Shown: positions 24,064 through 38,094 of the stretch, piece by piece
Layout of the letters: every line of letters begins with the position of its first letter
Numbering within the stretch: position 1 is the first letter of the stretch
Source of the DNA: Eledone cirrhosa
Lineage: Eukaryota
Direction: 5' to 3'
Length of the DNA stretch: 64,000 bases
Assembly (NCBI GenBank): GCA_964016885.1
Contig: OZ024763.1
Location: 13,764,001 to 13,828,000 of the forward strand
Program-made: the position numbers and the translations under genes
The notes under the pieces: model-generated
Database searches by the model: none
What the model saw: only the letters and a program-made list of their open reading frames with translations
What the model was told of the DNA's origin: nothing

Positions 24064-24255
24064 TCAGTAGAATTGCGGCTTCGCGTGGCGATGCGCGTAG
24101 TGGTTCGGACTTTGTCGCCTACTTATGTATGGCGTGACCATTCTATGTGTCTGAAGATCGAATCGTTGCGGTGGCATGCGGCCTTGTTGGCACCCGGGAC
24201 GATTTGCAGGCTGGCTATATGCTGGCCTGCGTCTTGGACCGCGCGAGGAATCCAT
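24064..24255 (-). CDS. Candidate 63-aa small ORF / first exon
   Basis: CpG-rich unique island; ATG just downstream of promoter-like motifs; stop TGA directly followed by GTAAAT donor; no recognisable homology. Confidence 0.3.
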   Translation of the reverse strand: MDSSRGPRRRPAYSQPANRPGCQQGRMPPQRFDLQTHRMVTPYISRRQSPNHYAHRHAKPQFY

Positions 24256-24269
24256 CTATCCCACTTTTG

Positions 24270-24360
24270 CTCGAAATTTGATTAGAGTTATCTCCCTTTA
24301 TTTAGAGTGACTTCCCCTTTATGGAATTCTTTTTTTTTTTTATTGACTTCCGGTCAAAAT
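24270..24360 (-). promoter_or_regulatory. Putative promoter
   Basis: ETS-type ACCGGAAGT on - (24346-24354) and two AGAGT(T/G)A(T/C)(C/T)TCCC(C)TTT motifs next to a CpG-rich segment. Confidence 0.45.
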
Positions 24361-25089
24361 CATTCTGGATATTATATTCATGTCAAGAGGTATGTAATGT
24401 TTTTATTTGCTCAACCTTCTCCCTATACATTTTATTAGATACACTATATGTCAATAACTCTCACAATGTTTTATTTGCCGTGTATTAGGCTTGTACATTT
24501 TATTCTAAGAAACTAAACCCCTTTAGACACACATTCTTTCTAGCACTTCTAAATATCATAACTAAACACATACGTACAGCTACATTTTATCTTTCTGGCA
24601 CTTCTTCACCCACATTCTTTCTTTTAACATAAACAAACTAGACATAGTTATTCTTTATATATACATCTTTTTCTTTTTCTAAGAAGAAAACCTTTATAAG
24701 TATACAGTCGAGTCCGCTTAAGAGTATAGCATAATCAATTCCCGTTTATATATTTTCTATATAATTTAGTAATGAATACGGTAAAGTAAATTGGTCTTAT
24801 AATATAACATAACCATTTTAAAACAATTTAAAATGAAATGCGATGATGTCATTTATACAACCATTCTAAAAGCAATTTAAAGTTTAATATATGCAAATAA
24901 AAAAAATAATAATTCATTGTGTCATAAAAATGTCTTTGAAACGCTCTGCTTTATCCATTACTCAAAAAATATCCATTACTCAAAGGTTAGTATGTATTAT
25001 TTTTATATTTATAATATGAATGTGCATAGGTACCTAACATAACTTTAATCATTTATCAATATCTTAGATCTCTGGAAAAGAAGGAATAA

Positions 25090-26909
25090 ATGCTTTCTAC
25101 GGACACGGTTATAAAAACTTATTGAAAATTAATATTTATAAACCTACTTTTTCAATTTTTTATAAAAACAAAATTTCTGTACAAGGTTTTCATGTAAACC
25201 TGACAGAGATCGAACCCCTAATCAATATCACCACTGTCTCTAATGTCTACCACTAGACCACTGAGACGGTTATGAAATCGTAGTGAAAATTAATATTTAT
25301 AAACTTACTTTTTAATGGTTTTTATTTTAGAAGTGGTAAACTAAAAATTAATAATACCCATAATGTAGAACCAGATAGAGATTGAACCCTAGACCAGGCT
25401 TTCACCGTTCCTAATACATATCATTGGGCCAGAGAGAATGTACGAATTCGTAGTGAAAATTAATATTTATAAAACTACATTTTGTTCGGAAGTAATTCAA
25501 ATAAACTATTGTTTCTGACGATCCCGTAACAAGTTGAAAGCAGCGATTCTTTGCTTAAACTTTAATTTGTACTCATAATAAATAAATAAACATATGTATT
25601 TATGTGTGTATACATGTATATGCGTTGCTTTGATGCTATTTCTAGCATATTTATTGTTGTTTTTTTTTTATGAAAAATACAGAAACCGGAAGTGAAAAGA
25701 TTGAAAATCTTTGGTCAAAATTCAGGCGAACTTTTTTAAACAAAAGGATTTTTTTTGTAAACAAACTTGAAATTTTTGCCAAGAAACATAACTCTTGCCT
25801 GACTTAAACGCAAAAATTGATGCAAAAAAATTGCGTGTCTGCAAATTATAGGGACTGTACGAATTCGTTCTGAAAATTAATATTTATAAAACTACATTTT
25901 GTTCGGTTGAAAACTCGATGTAGTGGCGTTCATGGCTTTTTCGGGACGTCCTTGAATTCATCCCCCGAGGGGAATTCATAAAGTAAATCTAGACTGTATT
26001 TCTCATTGCTCTAGGCTTGATTTGAACCTACAATAACTCCGTCTGCAATAATGTCATACGTCATTCCAGCTTAGTACGCCGTACCTGTAAATTGTTAAAC
26101 GTGATTCCTATATATACATAGAAGTAAGATTTGAACCTACAATGCTGTGCTTAATTTCTATTAAGTGTGTTTTATAAAAGAAAGTAAAGAAACAATTTAA
26201 TGAAAGTAAAAAATTTATTTTATTCAGTCATGGTTTTATTTTTATTTTATGTATTCACTTCATTAACTGCTGAATAGTTATCTTGCTTTTGTTTGTTCTT
26301 ACCATTGTTTACTGTAAATGGCGACTGGATTAAAACCAAGTTTTACTGGATGATGGCATTTCCTTATTGGATTATTTTGTTGTCAGTGGACATCTCTCTA
26401 AATACCTGGATTAAACATATGGTGCGTCTTTTACGTAACATTTCATTTAATATCTGATGTTCCAATGGATCACTTTTAAAATAAAACCAATAAAATGGAC
26501 AGGTAGACTCCACCAAAAGAGACCACAGAGATGAGGTACGAATAATCTAAAATTAACTTTAAAAAAAAACAAATATTAAAAAAGGATTTGCAACAAACAC
26601 GTAAAGACAATCACATCCACAATTTAATATCCGAAGATCAACATTTTTCACGATATAAATAAAACTAAATATGTAAAGTTAAGTGACCTCTCATTTATTT
26701 TCTCTAACTTTATTTTACTAATCTATATTCTGTAGACATGTTTAGGGTGACCCATGGGCGATTTCATATATACATACACACATATATATACAAGTTATTG
26801 ATTACAGGGTCGGGCTAGATCGATACAGAACAACCTTAAGCTGATGAATAGCGAAACGCGCGCCACGAACCAATAAAGGTAATGAAGGTGTACCCATTCG
26901 TCCTTGTTT

Positions 26910-26943
<34 letters not shown>

Positions 26944-29900
26944 TTATTTATTTATTTATTTAATTCCACCTGGAGTTTCGACCGATAGATAGTATTAGCA
27001 ATTGGAAAGACCAGTGGAAACATTGTTTCGTCGGTCCGATCTGACGAAGGTCGATCGACTGTCTATATATGTATATACATACCCATACATTCATATTTAC
27101 TCACTTCTATGTAAAACAGATACCATATACCAGCTTAAAAACGATTGACTAACCATCAGGACACATGCTTGCTCTTGTTAAAATTTCACAGAGATACTTA
27201 TGAAAACCGAACTTGCAACGCCACGTACACTTACATACACACACCTGTACATACACAGACGTATAGAAAAGGTATGACTTATATAGGTACATCAAAGTTA
27301 ATGTTCCACTATAGCACCATTCGAGGTAGATAAAACGAAGTACCAGTGTAGAACTGGGGATCGATTCTTCTTCTATATCTCTTTCTTACTTCCTTTCTCC
27401 TACTTTCTCTCCTTCTCTGGTAAATATCTCCTCTGATCAGATCTAGGGTAGAGATGGGATCAGTCAGCTTTTACAAAATGCCCAAGACACCCCGAATATC
27501 AACGTGGGGTCACCAAGACTCCCTCGCAAGCTATATGTCCCTAGATACATACATAGCAACATCAGACAGATCCTTTATGTAGATCACTTTTACTCGATAT
27601 GGAAGACAAGTTTTCAGTGAGTCAGAAAGGAATATTTGCGATATGAAGGGAGAACCTCTCTGAATAAATATTAGATAGTTAAGATGCTACGTAAAGCAGG
27701 CGGTGACAACATCGAGGACCAGAGATGCCATGTGGAAATAGACATCGACATATAAATATACAAAGATATGGGGACCTTATCATCATAGACACTTGGGCTT
27801 ATGAATAAACACACAAATATATATATATATACATACATACATGCATGTGAGTGTGTCTCTCTCTCTCTCTTGCAGGACTAGAACGGTTTCATTCGGAAGA
27901 AATCAAGGGCTTTCCTGATGATTTTTTTCCGAATGAAACAGTTCTAGTCCTGTAGAAGCCATTTTTATATTAAATATTATTTATTAAGTATTTATACCCT
28001 GCTATGTAATGAGTACTTTATTTACTGTGGTTACCGCCGATTGAACCGGGATAAACATATATATATATATATACGGGTGCACAGGTGTACGGTGTCCTCA
28101 AGTTAACACTAAGGATTACGCTCGCTGTCCCGTCACACATCACTACATCTTCGAGTAAATGTTGATTAGTAAATAAACCGTGTATCTCACATGTAAGAGG
28201 AAAACTATAGCAAGTGTTGGGGATAAGAGACGTGTGAAAATAATAATAATAATAATGATTTCATTTATTAGCCACAAGGGCCGACATGTAGGGGACAATA
28301 CAAAGACAGGGACAGTGGGGGTTTACAATAAGGTCGAGTAAAAGTGCACAACAGTGTTACAATTATTAATAGTAGTAGTTGTAATAATAAAGTGAGGCGG
28401 GACAACATTATCATAAATAGTTATGTACACACAAGCTTACACAGGTACACATTCGTACACGTATCTACACACGTACCTACATAAACGTTTATAAATAAAA
28501 GACGAAGCTGATAAAAAGAACATATATTACCGTATCGCGTTTGGAACGATACACTTGACGTTGAGTTCTTGAATCTGATCCCATCATCGGTTGCTGATAC
28601 CATTATTGCACTCACAACACAAGTTTAAATAGCCGCCTGTTTAGAAACAATATTTTCAGGCCGCCATCTACTCACTAAGGTATGACAGCTGAAGGACATC
28701 ACTGGATGTCAGCTGGTCGTTGGATGAAATAAACCTAGTAATAAGAATAAATGTCATGATACTCCAGAAAAGTAAAAATCATGTCAACTCGTTTGTGGTA
28801 TTAATAAGACTGAGAAAACCATGAACACCACCACGTCAATTAAGCTTCGAAAATAGAAAGTAGGTTTATATACATTAATTTTCAGTATATTTTTTTAGCC
28901 GTCTCGTTTGCCTATATGTAGGTGATTATATAGATCCTGGCCAAGATAGAAACCGAAACCAGGATCTCTACCGTCTCTCATACCTCCCTCTAAGCTACAG
29001 AGACAGCTTCAAAATAATATTAAAAATTAATATTTATAAACTTACTTTATATTTTGGAAGATTAATTGAAGTGGTGGTGGTGCTGTTATTAGAAAGGGTC
29101 GACTTTGTCTTTCATAATTCAGGGTCTTTCACGAAGTAAAATATTCATTTTATTTCTTAACGCCCTAGTATTGATTTGAACCTACAATTACTTCGTCTGC
29201 AATAATTGTTTCTACTTTAGGCACAAGGCCAGCAAATTACCCAGTGCATTACTGGTACTTTATTTTATCGACCCCGTAAGGATGAAAGGCAAAGTCAACC
29301 TCTGCAATAATGTTCACTAATTTCAAATCTGTCATAACTAAATCCTGTGTGCGACTTAGAAATAAATTGTTAAATGTCACTTTTATATATTTACCAATGT
29401 AAGATTGGAACCTACAGTGATGTGTTTTGCAGTAATATCCCGTAACTCCAACTAGATTGCTCTAAGCTTATATATTTCTTTCGTCCGTACAACATAATGG
29501 TTTCGATCCCAGTTCGCTACTGGTACAAGAAATAATTTAAAGAAATTCTATATCCCCAGTAAAATATTGAACTCCTAACGACATTGTACGTTACTTAATA
29601 CCAATAACCCCATTACGCCCTGAACACACATTTATATTTATTACTCAATTTCCAATGTTTTAAATGATATTACACCACCTTTGTGTTCTAGGTGAAAATC
29701 CTGTCGATATTAATTTACAATTTTATAACTTTAGAGAAGAAAAATAGAGTACCAGTCATTTTATGGGTTCAAATTAATCGATCGGCTTCACCCTGTCAAT
29801 CACTTGACATTTTCCAAACAGTATAAATATGATACGACAAATTTAAAATAAATTACGTGTTTAATTAAGAAAAAAATTATTGAAAGTAAGAAATTATAAT

Positions 29901-32900
29901 TATTTAGTAATAATATTTTTATTCTTTGTTTTCACTGCATTAACTGCTGAGTGTGACTTTTAATTTTCTTACTATTTTCTACTGAAAATGGCGGCTGAGA
30001 CGTTATTGGAGTATTACTAAGGTTTACTGGATGATGTCGTTTCCTTATTGCATTATTTTACAAACAGTGGACATCGGAATATCCTTCTATATACCTGGGA
30101 TAAATGTAAAGAGCATTGTTAAGTTATACATAGTACAATGGTCATCTCTTCTATTTACATTTTTCCCCAATTCTGTATTTTGAAGTCTTCATTATTTTAA
30201 ATATTTCTAGCATGTCACTCGTTTGATTAATCTCCTCCAAAGTTGTAATTCTATGTGTTTGTCCTTGGTATAGTGAACTAATGTTGATATTTTCAAGTCT
30301 TGGTATTTATATGGAATAGTGTACTAATATTTAAATAGTCTTTATGTTTTTGTCTAGTCTCCCCTAAGATTTATCTCCCCTAAATTTACAAAAGTTTCTC
30401 ATCTTCCTTCACAAAACAGATCCCTAAATAATTCTAGTGTCTTCTGTTTTCTTCTTCTCTGGGTTGCTTCAAGAGCCTCACCTTTTTTTTCGGATGTCAG
30501 TTGACCATGGCCCAAAACAATATCCTCAGTGGTATCACACATATTTATCTAGAGTTTTAGATTTTTCAGCATTTAGATAGGAAAAAGAATGTTTTACTAT
30601 TTCTATTATCCGCTTCGCTGTTTTGCTTCAACATGGTTAGTCATCTTTCAATTCATATTCATAGATATTCACAATTCTTCTGTGAGGGGTATAAGAAGCT
30701 CGTTGTTTGCTCAACATTCGATACCAAAACATGTTTCCTTTTTATAACTTCGTTGTACAAATATAATTATTAAAGTAGATATATATATATATACAAGCCA
30801 TGTATATATATTTATATATATATATATATAGCTGCTTATTAACTGTTTCCCGAAACATTTCTTCAAAATAAGGTAAGACATATCCCGAAAAATATTATAA
30901 GGTGTCTCAATAATTATTCCATTGCAATCAATTTCTCATTTCAGTTTTCTTTAGAAATATCTTGGCGTTGAAGATACATACATTTGTCCTTCTCATAGTA
31001 ATTAGCTTGTCTCAAAATTGTTCGTATTGTTTCCATGTTTAGTGTCACAAACTATCGTCAATTCAAGATTTTGCTCTAATGTAATAAATGTTACTTTTAA
31101 AAGACTAAAGCTCTCAATTTTTTTCTTTCTCTTGTATATCGATATCTAAAGAATAACAAATGTATGTGTTTTGTGATAGGAGAAAAAACCCACGGCCTTG
31201 TTTCCTCGCTATAGAAGGCGAACTGACAATGTTGTTCGTAGGCGTGACAAGTACACAACAACAGTGAGCATCACATGTTTACTGCCTTTTATATACCATG
31301 TTAACTGGAAAGATTTGCCAAGTATGGATACACTCTCTCCTTATCAATATTGTCCGAGCCCGAGAAACATTTTCTCCCTGGTTAAGGAGTGAGATAAAAT
31401 ATTAGGGATCAATCTCTAGCAATAATTTAATTAAATTATATTTAACCAAAACTGTTATGTCGTGGTTTCAATGTTTATCAGGGGTTGTAGAATTAGTTTT
31501 ATCTAATTATTCTCAAACAAAAAAGATGTATATATTGTCGTTGTACGTTGAAATCACATATATAGATTTATATACACACCAAGGATGGAGGGAATTGAAG
31601 ACGGAATTGAAAACCAAATTGCTGAGCAGAACATTGCAGGATCAAATATATCACACACACACATATATATATATATCATCAGGTTGTAGCATGAAATCAA
31701 CCCTAAAAGCTCGAGAAGAATAAAAATGAAAGTGAACCATTTTGAATTGGGAAAGCCATGAAGGCCACTACATCAATTTTTCTTTTAAATAGAAAGTAGG
31801 TTTATAAATTTTAATTTTGATAATATTTTTGTATCTGTCGCGGTAGCTTATTGGTAGGTGTTGGGACAGTGGTGATGCTGGTCTGGGGTTCAATCTCAGT
31901 CAGGAATCTCTCAAGAAATTTAATTTTTTTAAATTTTTCATAAAATAAACAAAAAATAGCGGTTGCATGAATCTGACTCAGATCGAACCCCAGACCACCA
32001 CCTCTAATACTTACCACTAGCATTTATAAAATTACATGTTTCTCGGTTGAAAATTCGATGTAGTGGCGTTCATGGCTTTTTCGGGACGTCCTTGAATTCT
32101 TAAAGTAAATCTAGACTGTATTTCTCATTGCTCTAGGCTTGATTTGAACCTACAACAACTCCGTCTGCAATAATGTCATACCTTATTCTGGCTTAGTACG
32201 TCGTACCTGTAAATTGTTTAATGTGGTTCCTATATATACATGCAACTAAGATTTTGAACCTACAATGCTGTGCTTAATTTTTATTAAGTGTGTTTTATAA
32301 AAGAAAGTAAAGAAACAATTTAATGAAAATAAAAAAAATTATTTTATTCAGTCATGGTTTTATTTTTATTTTATGTATTCACTTCATTAACTGCTGAATA
32401 GTTCTCTTGTTTTTGTTTGTTCTTACCATTGTTTACTGTAAATGGTGACTGTGACGAGACTGGATTATTACCAAGTTTTACTGGATGATGGCATTTTCTT
32501 ATTGTATTATTTTGTTGTCAGTGGACATCTCTCTAAATACCTGGAATAAACATATGGTGTGTCTTTTACGTAACATTTCATTTAATATCTGATGTTCCAA
32601 TGGATTACTTTTAAAATAAAACCAATAAACAGGACAGGGAGACTCCATGATGAGGTACGAATAATCTAAAATTAATTTTTAAAAGAAGACAATGTTTAAA
32701 GAAAGACAAACAATCACATCCACAATTTAATATCTGAAGATCAACATTTTTCACGATATAAATATGTAAAGTTAAGTGACCTCTCATTTATTTGCTCTAA
32801 CTTTATTTTACTAATCTATTCTGTAGACTTATATTTTCGTTGGTGTACATTACGATTTCGTTGATGAAATGTTCTTTCGTCTTTAGATCTATATTTTACT

Positions 32901-34695
32901 TCTGGAATACTGTATTAACAATTATATCACTTGTCTTTAGATCTTTATTTCTTATAAAAGTTATAATACTCACCTCTTCCCATTATATTTTCATATATAT
33001 ATATATATATTTGAAAAAAGGAAAAGAATGACTTTGATTTAGAACTACAAATGAAGTCATTCTTTTCCTTTTTTTAAAATATACCTGACTGTACCAAGGA
33101 TTTCACACACACATATATATTTCTACCTGGAGTTTCGACCGATAGATAGTATTAGCAATTAGAAAGACCATTTATATATACCCATACATTCATATTTACT
33201 CACTTCTATGTAAATATACATACATATATATTAAAAGCACATACCATCATAATAACGATTGACTAATCATCAGGACACATGCTTGCTCATGTAAAAATTC
33301 TCAGAGACACTTACATACACATATATAGGTACATCAAAGTTTAGGTTTCGCTCTTGTACCATTCGAGGAAGTTAGAAACAAGTACCAGTGTAGTACTGGG
33401 TCGATTCTTCTATATCTTTTTCTCAATTCCTTTCTCTCACTCTCTGTAAGAGATCTGGGGGTGGAGATGGGATCTGTCAACTTTTACAAAGTACCCTAGA
33501 CACCCTGAATGTCAATGTGGGCCCTCTAGAACTCCCTCACAAGTTATAGGTCGCTACATACATATATAGCAACATTAGACAGATTCTTTAGATCTCTTTT
33601 ACTCGATGATGCAAGACAAGTTTTCAGTGAGTCAGAAAGGAATATTTGTGATATGAAGGGATAAATATTAGATAGTTAAGATGCTACGTAAAGCAGGCGG
33701 TGACAACATCGAGGACCAGATGTGCCATGTGGAAATAGACATCGACATATAAATATACAAAGATGGGGGGACCTTATCATCATAGACAATTGGTCTTATG
33801 TATGTATATAAATATATGTGTGTGTGTGTGTGTGGCTTCTGCAGGACTAGAACGGTTTCATTCGAAAGAAATCAAAGGTTTCCTGATATTTTCCGAATGA
33901 AACAGTTCTAGTCCCGTAGAAGACATTTCTATATGAAATATTTATACTCTGATATATATTGAGTACCTTACTTACTGTGGCGTTCATGCCTTTCTTAGTG
34001 TTGCTGTTATTAGAAAGGGTCGACTTTGTCTTTCATAATTCAGGCTCTTTCATGAAGTAAATATTCATTTTATTTCTTAACACCCTAGTATTGATTTGAA
34101 CCTACAATGACTTCGTCTGCAATAATGTTCACTAATTTCAAATCTGCCATACCTAAATCCTGTGTGCGACTTACAAATAAATTGCTAAACGTCACTTTTA
34201 TCAATGTAAGATTGGAACCTACAGTGATGTGCTTTGCAGTAATGTCCCGTAACTCCAACTAGATTGAGCTAAGCTTGTATATTTCTTTCGTCCGAATAAC
34301 AATGGTTTCGATCAAAGTTCGCTACTGGTACAAGAAATAATTTTTAGAAATTCTATATCCCCAGCTAAATATTGAACTCCTAACGACATTTTATGTTACT
34401 TAATACCAAAGCCCTGAACACACATTTATATTTATAACTCAATTTCTAATTTTTAAATGATATTACACCACCTTTGTGTTTTCGGTGGATATTAATTTAC
34501 AATTTTATAGCAGAAAAATAGAGTACCAGGTTCAATTTAATCGATCGGCTTCTACCCGTCAATCACTTGACAAACAAAGACACACAAACAGTATATATAT
34601 ATGATACGACAAATTTGAAATAAATTACGTGTTTAAGAAAAAGAATTATTGAATGTAAGTAATAATATTTTTATTGTTTGTTTTAACTGCTGAGT
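25090..34695. repeat. Macro-repeat cluster 1 (~3.5-kb units in alternating A/B forms)
   Basis: 25.1-30.7 kb colinear with 51.76-57.23 kb; 30.15-32.0 kb with 49.85-51.75 kb; 32.04-34.69 kb is a deletion-rich repeat of 25.9-29.95 kb. Confidence 0.92.
29980..31400 (-). mobile_element. Highly decayed CR1-type LINE 3' part inside repeat unit (also 49850-51010, 56450-57230)
   Basis: Remnant peptides ITTLEEINQTSDM(L/I)EIFKIMK; colinear with the clearer copy at 57.4-58.7 kb. Confidence 0.7.
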
Positions 34696-37600
34696 GTGAG
34701 AGAGAGAGAGAGGGGTGGATGGAGAGAGAGAGGGATGGAAGAATGATGAATGGAGAGAGAGAGAGAGAGAGAGGGATGGAAGAATGATGAATGGAGAGAG
34801 AGAGAGAGAGAGGGATGGAAGAATGATGAATGGAGAGAGAGAGAGAGAGAGGGATGGAAGAATGATGAATGGAGAGAGAGAGAGAGGGGTGGATAGAGAG
34901 AGAGTGAGGGATGGAGAGAGAGGGATTGATGGAGAGAGAGGGATGGATGGAAGGAGAGAGAGGGATGGAGAGAGGGAGAATGATGAATGGAGAGAGAGAT
35001 GGGAGGATAGAGAGAGGGATGGAGAGAGTGAGGAATGGAGAGAGAGGGATGGAGAGAGAGGGATGGAGAGAGAGGGATGGAAGGATAGAGGGAGTTGGAT
35101 GGAGAGAGGGATGGAGAGTGAGGAATGGAGAGAGAGAGGGATGGAAGGAGAGAGAGAGAGAGAGAGGGATGGAAGGAGAGAGAGAGAGAGAGAGGGGTGG
35201 AAGGAGAGAGAGAGGGATGGAAGGATAGAGAGAGGTATGGAAGGATAGAGAGAGGGAGAATGATGAATGGAGAGAGGGATGGATGGATGGAGAGAGAGAG
35301 AGGGATGGATGGAAGGAGAGAGCGAGGGATGGAGAGAGAGAGAGGGAGAATGATGAATGGAGAGAGGGATGGATGGACAGAGAGAGAGAGGGGTGGATAG
35401 AAAGAGAGAGGGATGGATGGACAGAGAGAGAGAGGGGTGGATAGAAAGAGAGATGGATGGAAGGAGAGAGTGAGAGGGATGGATGGAGAGAGAGATGGAT
35501 GGAGAGAGAGATGGTTGGAGAGAGAGAGAGAGATGGATGGAGAGAGAGAGAGAGATGGATAGAAGGAGAGAGTGAGGAATGGAGAGAGAGATGGAAGGAT
35601 AGAGAGAGAGAATGATGAAGAGAGAGAGAGAGAGAGAGGGGTGGATATAGAGAGAGAGAGGGATGGAGAGAGTGAGAGAGTGAGAGTGATGGAGAGAGAG
35701 GGATGGAAGGAGAGAGAGTTGGATGGAAGGAGAGAGAGGGATTGATAGAGAGAGAGAGTGGGATTGATAGAGAGAGAGAGATGGATAGAGAGAGGTGGAT
35801 AGAAGGAGAGAGAGGGGTGGATAGAAGGAGAGAGGGGTGGATAGAAGGAGAGAGTGAGGAATGGAGAGAGAGATGGAAGGATAGAGAGAGAGGGATGCAT
35901 GGAGAGGGATGGATGGGGAGAGAGAGAGAGAGAGAGATGGATGGAGAGAGAGAGAGGGATGGAAGGAGAGGGAGGGAGGGATGGAGAGAGAGAGAGAGAG
36001 ATGGAGAGAGAGAGAGAGAGGGGGATGGAAGGAGAGAGAGAGGGATGGAAGGTGAGAGAGAGAGAGGGATGGAAGGTGAGAGAGAGAGAGGGATGGAAGG
36101 TGAGAGAGAGGGGGGGAAGGGATGGAAGGAGAGAGGAATGGTAGGAGAGAGAGAGAGGGGGATGGATGGAGAGAGAGGGAGTAGGGATGGATGTATAGAG
36201 AGAGGAATGGAAGGAGAGAGAGAGAGAGGGATGGATGTATAGAGAGAGAGAGGGAGAGGGATGGAGAGAGGGGGAGAGGGATGGAAGGATAGAGAGAGAG
36301 AGGGAGAGGGATGGAAGGAGAGAGAGAGAGAGGGATGGAGAGAGAGGGATGTAGAGAGAGAGAGAGAGAGAGAGAGATCTATAGAGAGAGAGAGAGGGAT
36401 GGAAGGTGAGAGAGAGAGAGAGGTATGGAAGGAGAGAGAGAGGAAAGGGATGGAAGGAGAGAGAGAGAGGGGGATGGATGGAGAGGGTGGGAGTAGGGAT
36501 GGATGGATAGAGAGAGGAATGGAAGGAGAGAGATATATATAGAGAGTGAGAGGCATGGAAGGAGAGAGAGGGATGGATGTAGAGAGAGAGAGAGAGAGGC
36601 ATGGAAGGAGAGAGAGAGAGAGGGATGGAAGGAGAGAGAGAGGAATGGAAGGAGAGAAAGAGAGAGGGGGAGAGAGGGGGATGGATGGAGAGAGGGAGTA
36701 GGGATGGATGGATAGAGAGAGGAATGGAAGGAGAGAAAGAGAGGGGGATCGATGGAGAGGGAGTAGGGATGGATGGATAGAGAGAGAGAGAGATGGATGT
36801 AGAGAGAGAGAGAGAGGGATGTAGAGAGAGAGAGGGATGGAAGGAGAGAGAGAGGGATGGAAGGAGAGAGAGAGAGGGATGCATGGAGAGAGAGGGAGTA
36901 GGGATGCATGGAGAGAGAGGGAGTAGGGATGGATGGATAGAGAGAGGAATGGAAGGAGAGAAAGAGATGGAAGGAGAGAGAGAGGGATGGAAGGAGAGAG
37001 AGAGAGGGATGGAGAGAGAGGGATGGAGAGAGAGAGAGAGGGGGATGGAAGGAGAGAGAGAGGGATGGAAGGAGAGAGAGAGGGATGGAAGGATAGAGAG
37101 AGGGAGAATGATGAATGGAGAGAGGGATGGATGGATGGAGAGAGAGAGAGAGATGGATGGAAGGAGAGAGTGAGGGATGGAGAGAGAGAGAGAGATGGAT
37201 GGAAGGAGAGAGTGAGGGATGGAGAGAGAGAGAGGGAGAATGATGAATGGAGAGAGGGATGGATGGACAGAGAGAGAGAGGGGTGGATAGAAAGAGAGAT
37301 GGATGGAAGGAGAGAGTGAGGAATGGAAGGAGAGAGAGGGATGGATGGAGAGAGAGAGAGGGAAGGATAGAGAGAGGGAGGGATGGAGAGAGGGAGAGAG
37401 AGAGATGGATGGAGAGAGAGATGGAGAGGGATGGATAGAGAGAGAGAGGGAGGGAGGGATTGATAGAGAGAGAGAGATGGATAGAGAGAGGTGGATAGAA
37501 GGAGAGAGAGGGGTGGATAGAAGGAGAGAGTGAGGAATGGAGAGAGAGAGATGGAAGGATAGAGAGAGAGAGGGATGGAAGGAGAGAGAGGGGTGGATAG

Positions 37601-38058
37601 AAGGAGAGAGTGAGGAATGGAGAGAGAGATGGAAGGATAGAGAGAGGGATGCATGGAGAGAGAGGGATGGATGGAGAGAGAGAGAGGGATGGATGGAGAA
37701 GAGAGAGGGATGGATGGAGAGAGAGAGAGAGGATGGAAGGAGGGAGGGAGGGATGGAGAGAGAGAGAGAGAGGGATGGAAGGTGAGAGAGAGAGAGGGGG
37801 GGGGGAAGGCAGAGAGAGAGAGTCGGGATGGATGGAGAGAGAGGGGGTAGGAATGGATGGATAGAGAGAGGAATGGAAGGAGAGAGAGAGAGAGAGAGAT
37901 GGAAGGAGAGAGAGAGAGAGAGAGAGATGGAAGGAGAGAGAGAGAGAGAGAGATGGAAGGAGAGAGAGAGAGGAATGGAAGGAGAGAGAGGGAGTAGGGA
38001 TGGATGGATAGAGAGAGAGAGAGATGGAAGGAGAGAGAGAGAGAGAGAGAGAGATGGA

Positions 38059-38094
<36 letters not shown>

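Noticed and set aside
24066-24260. Known structural RNA (U snRNA, 7SK, SRP, RNase P/MRP)
   Set aside because: No diagnostic sequence motifs recognised on either strand
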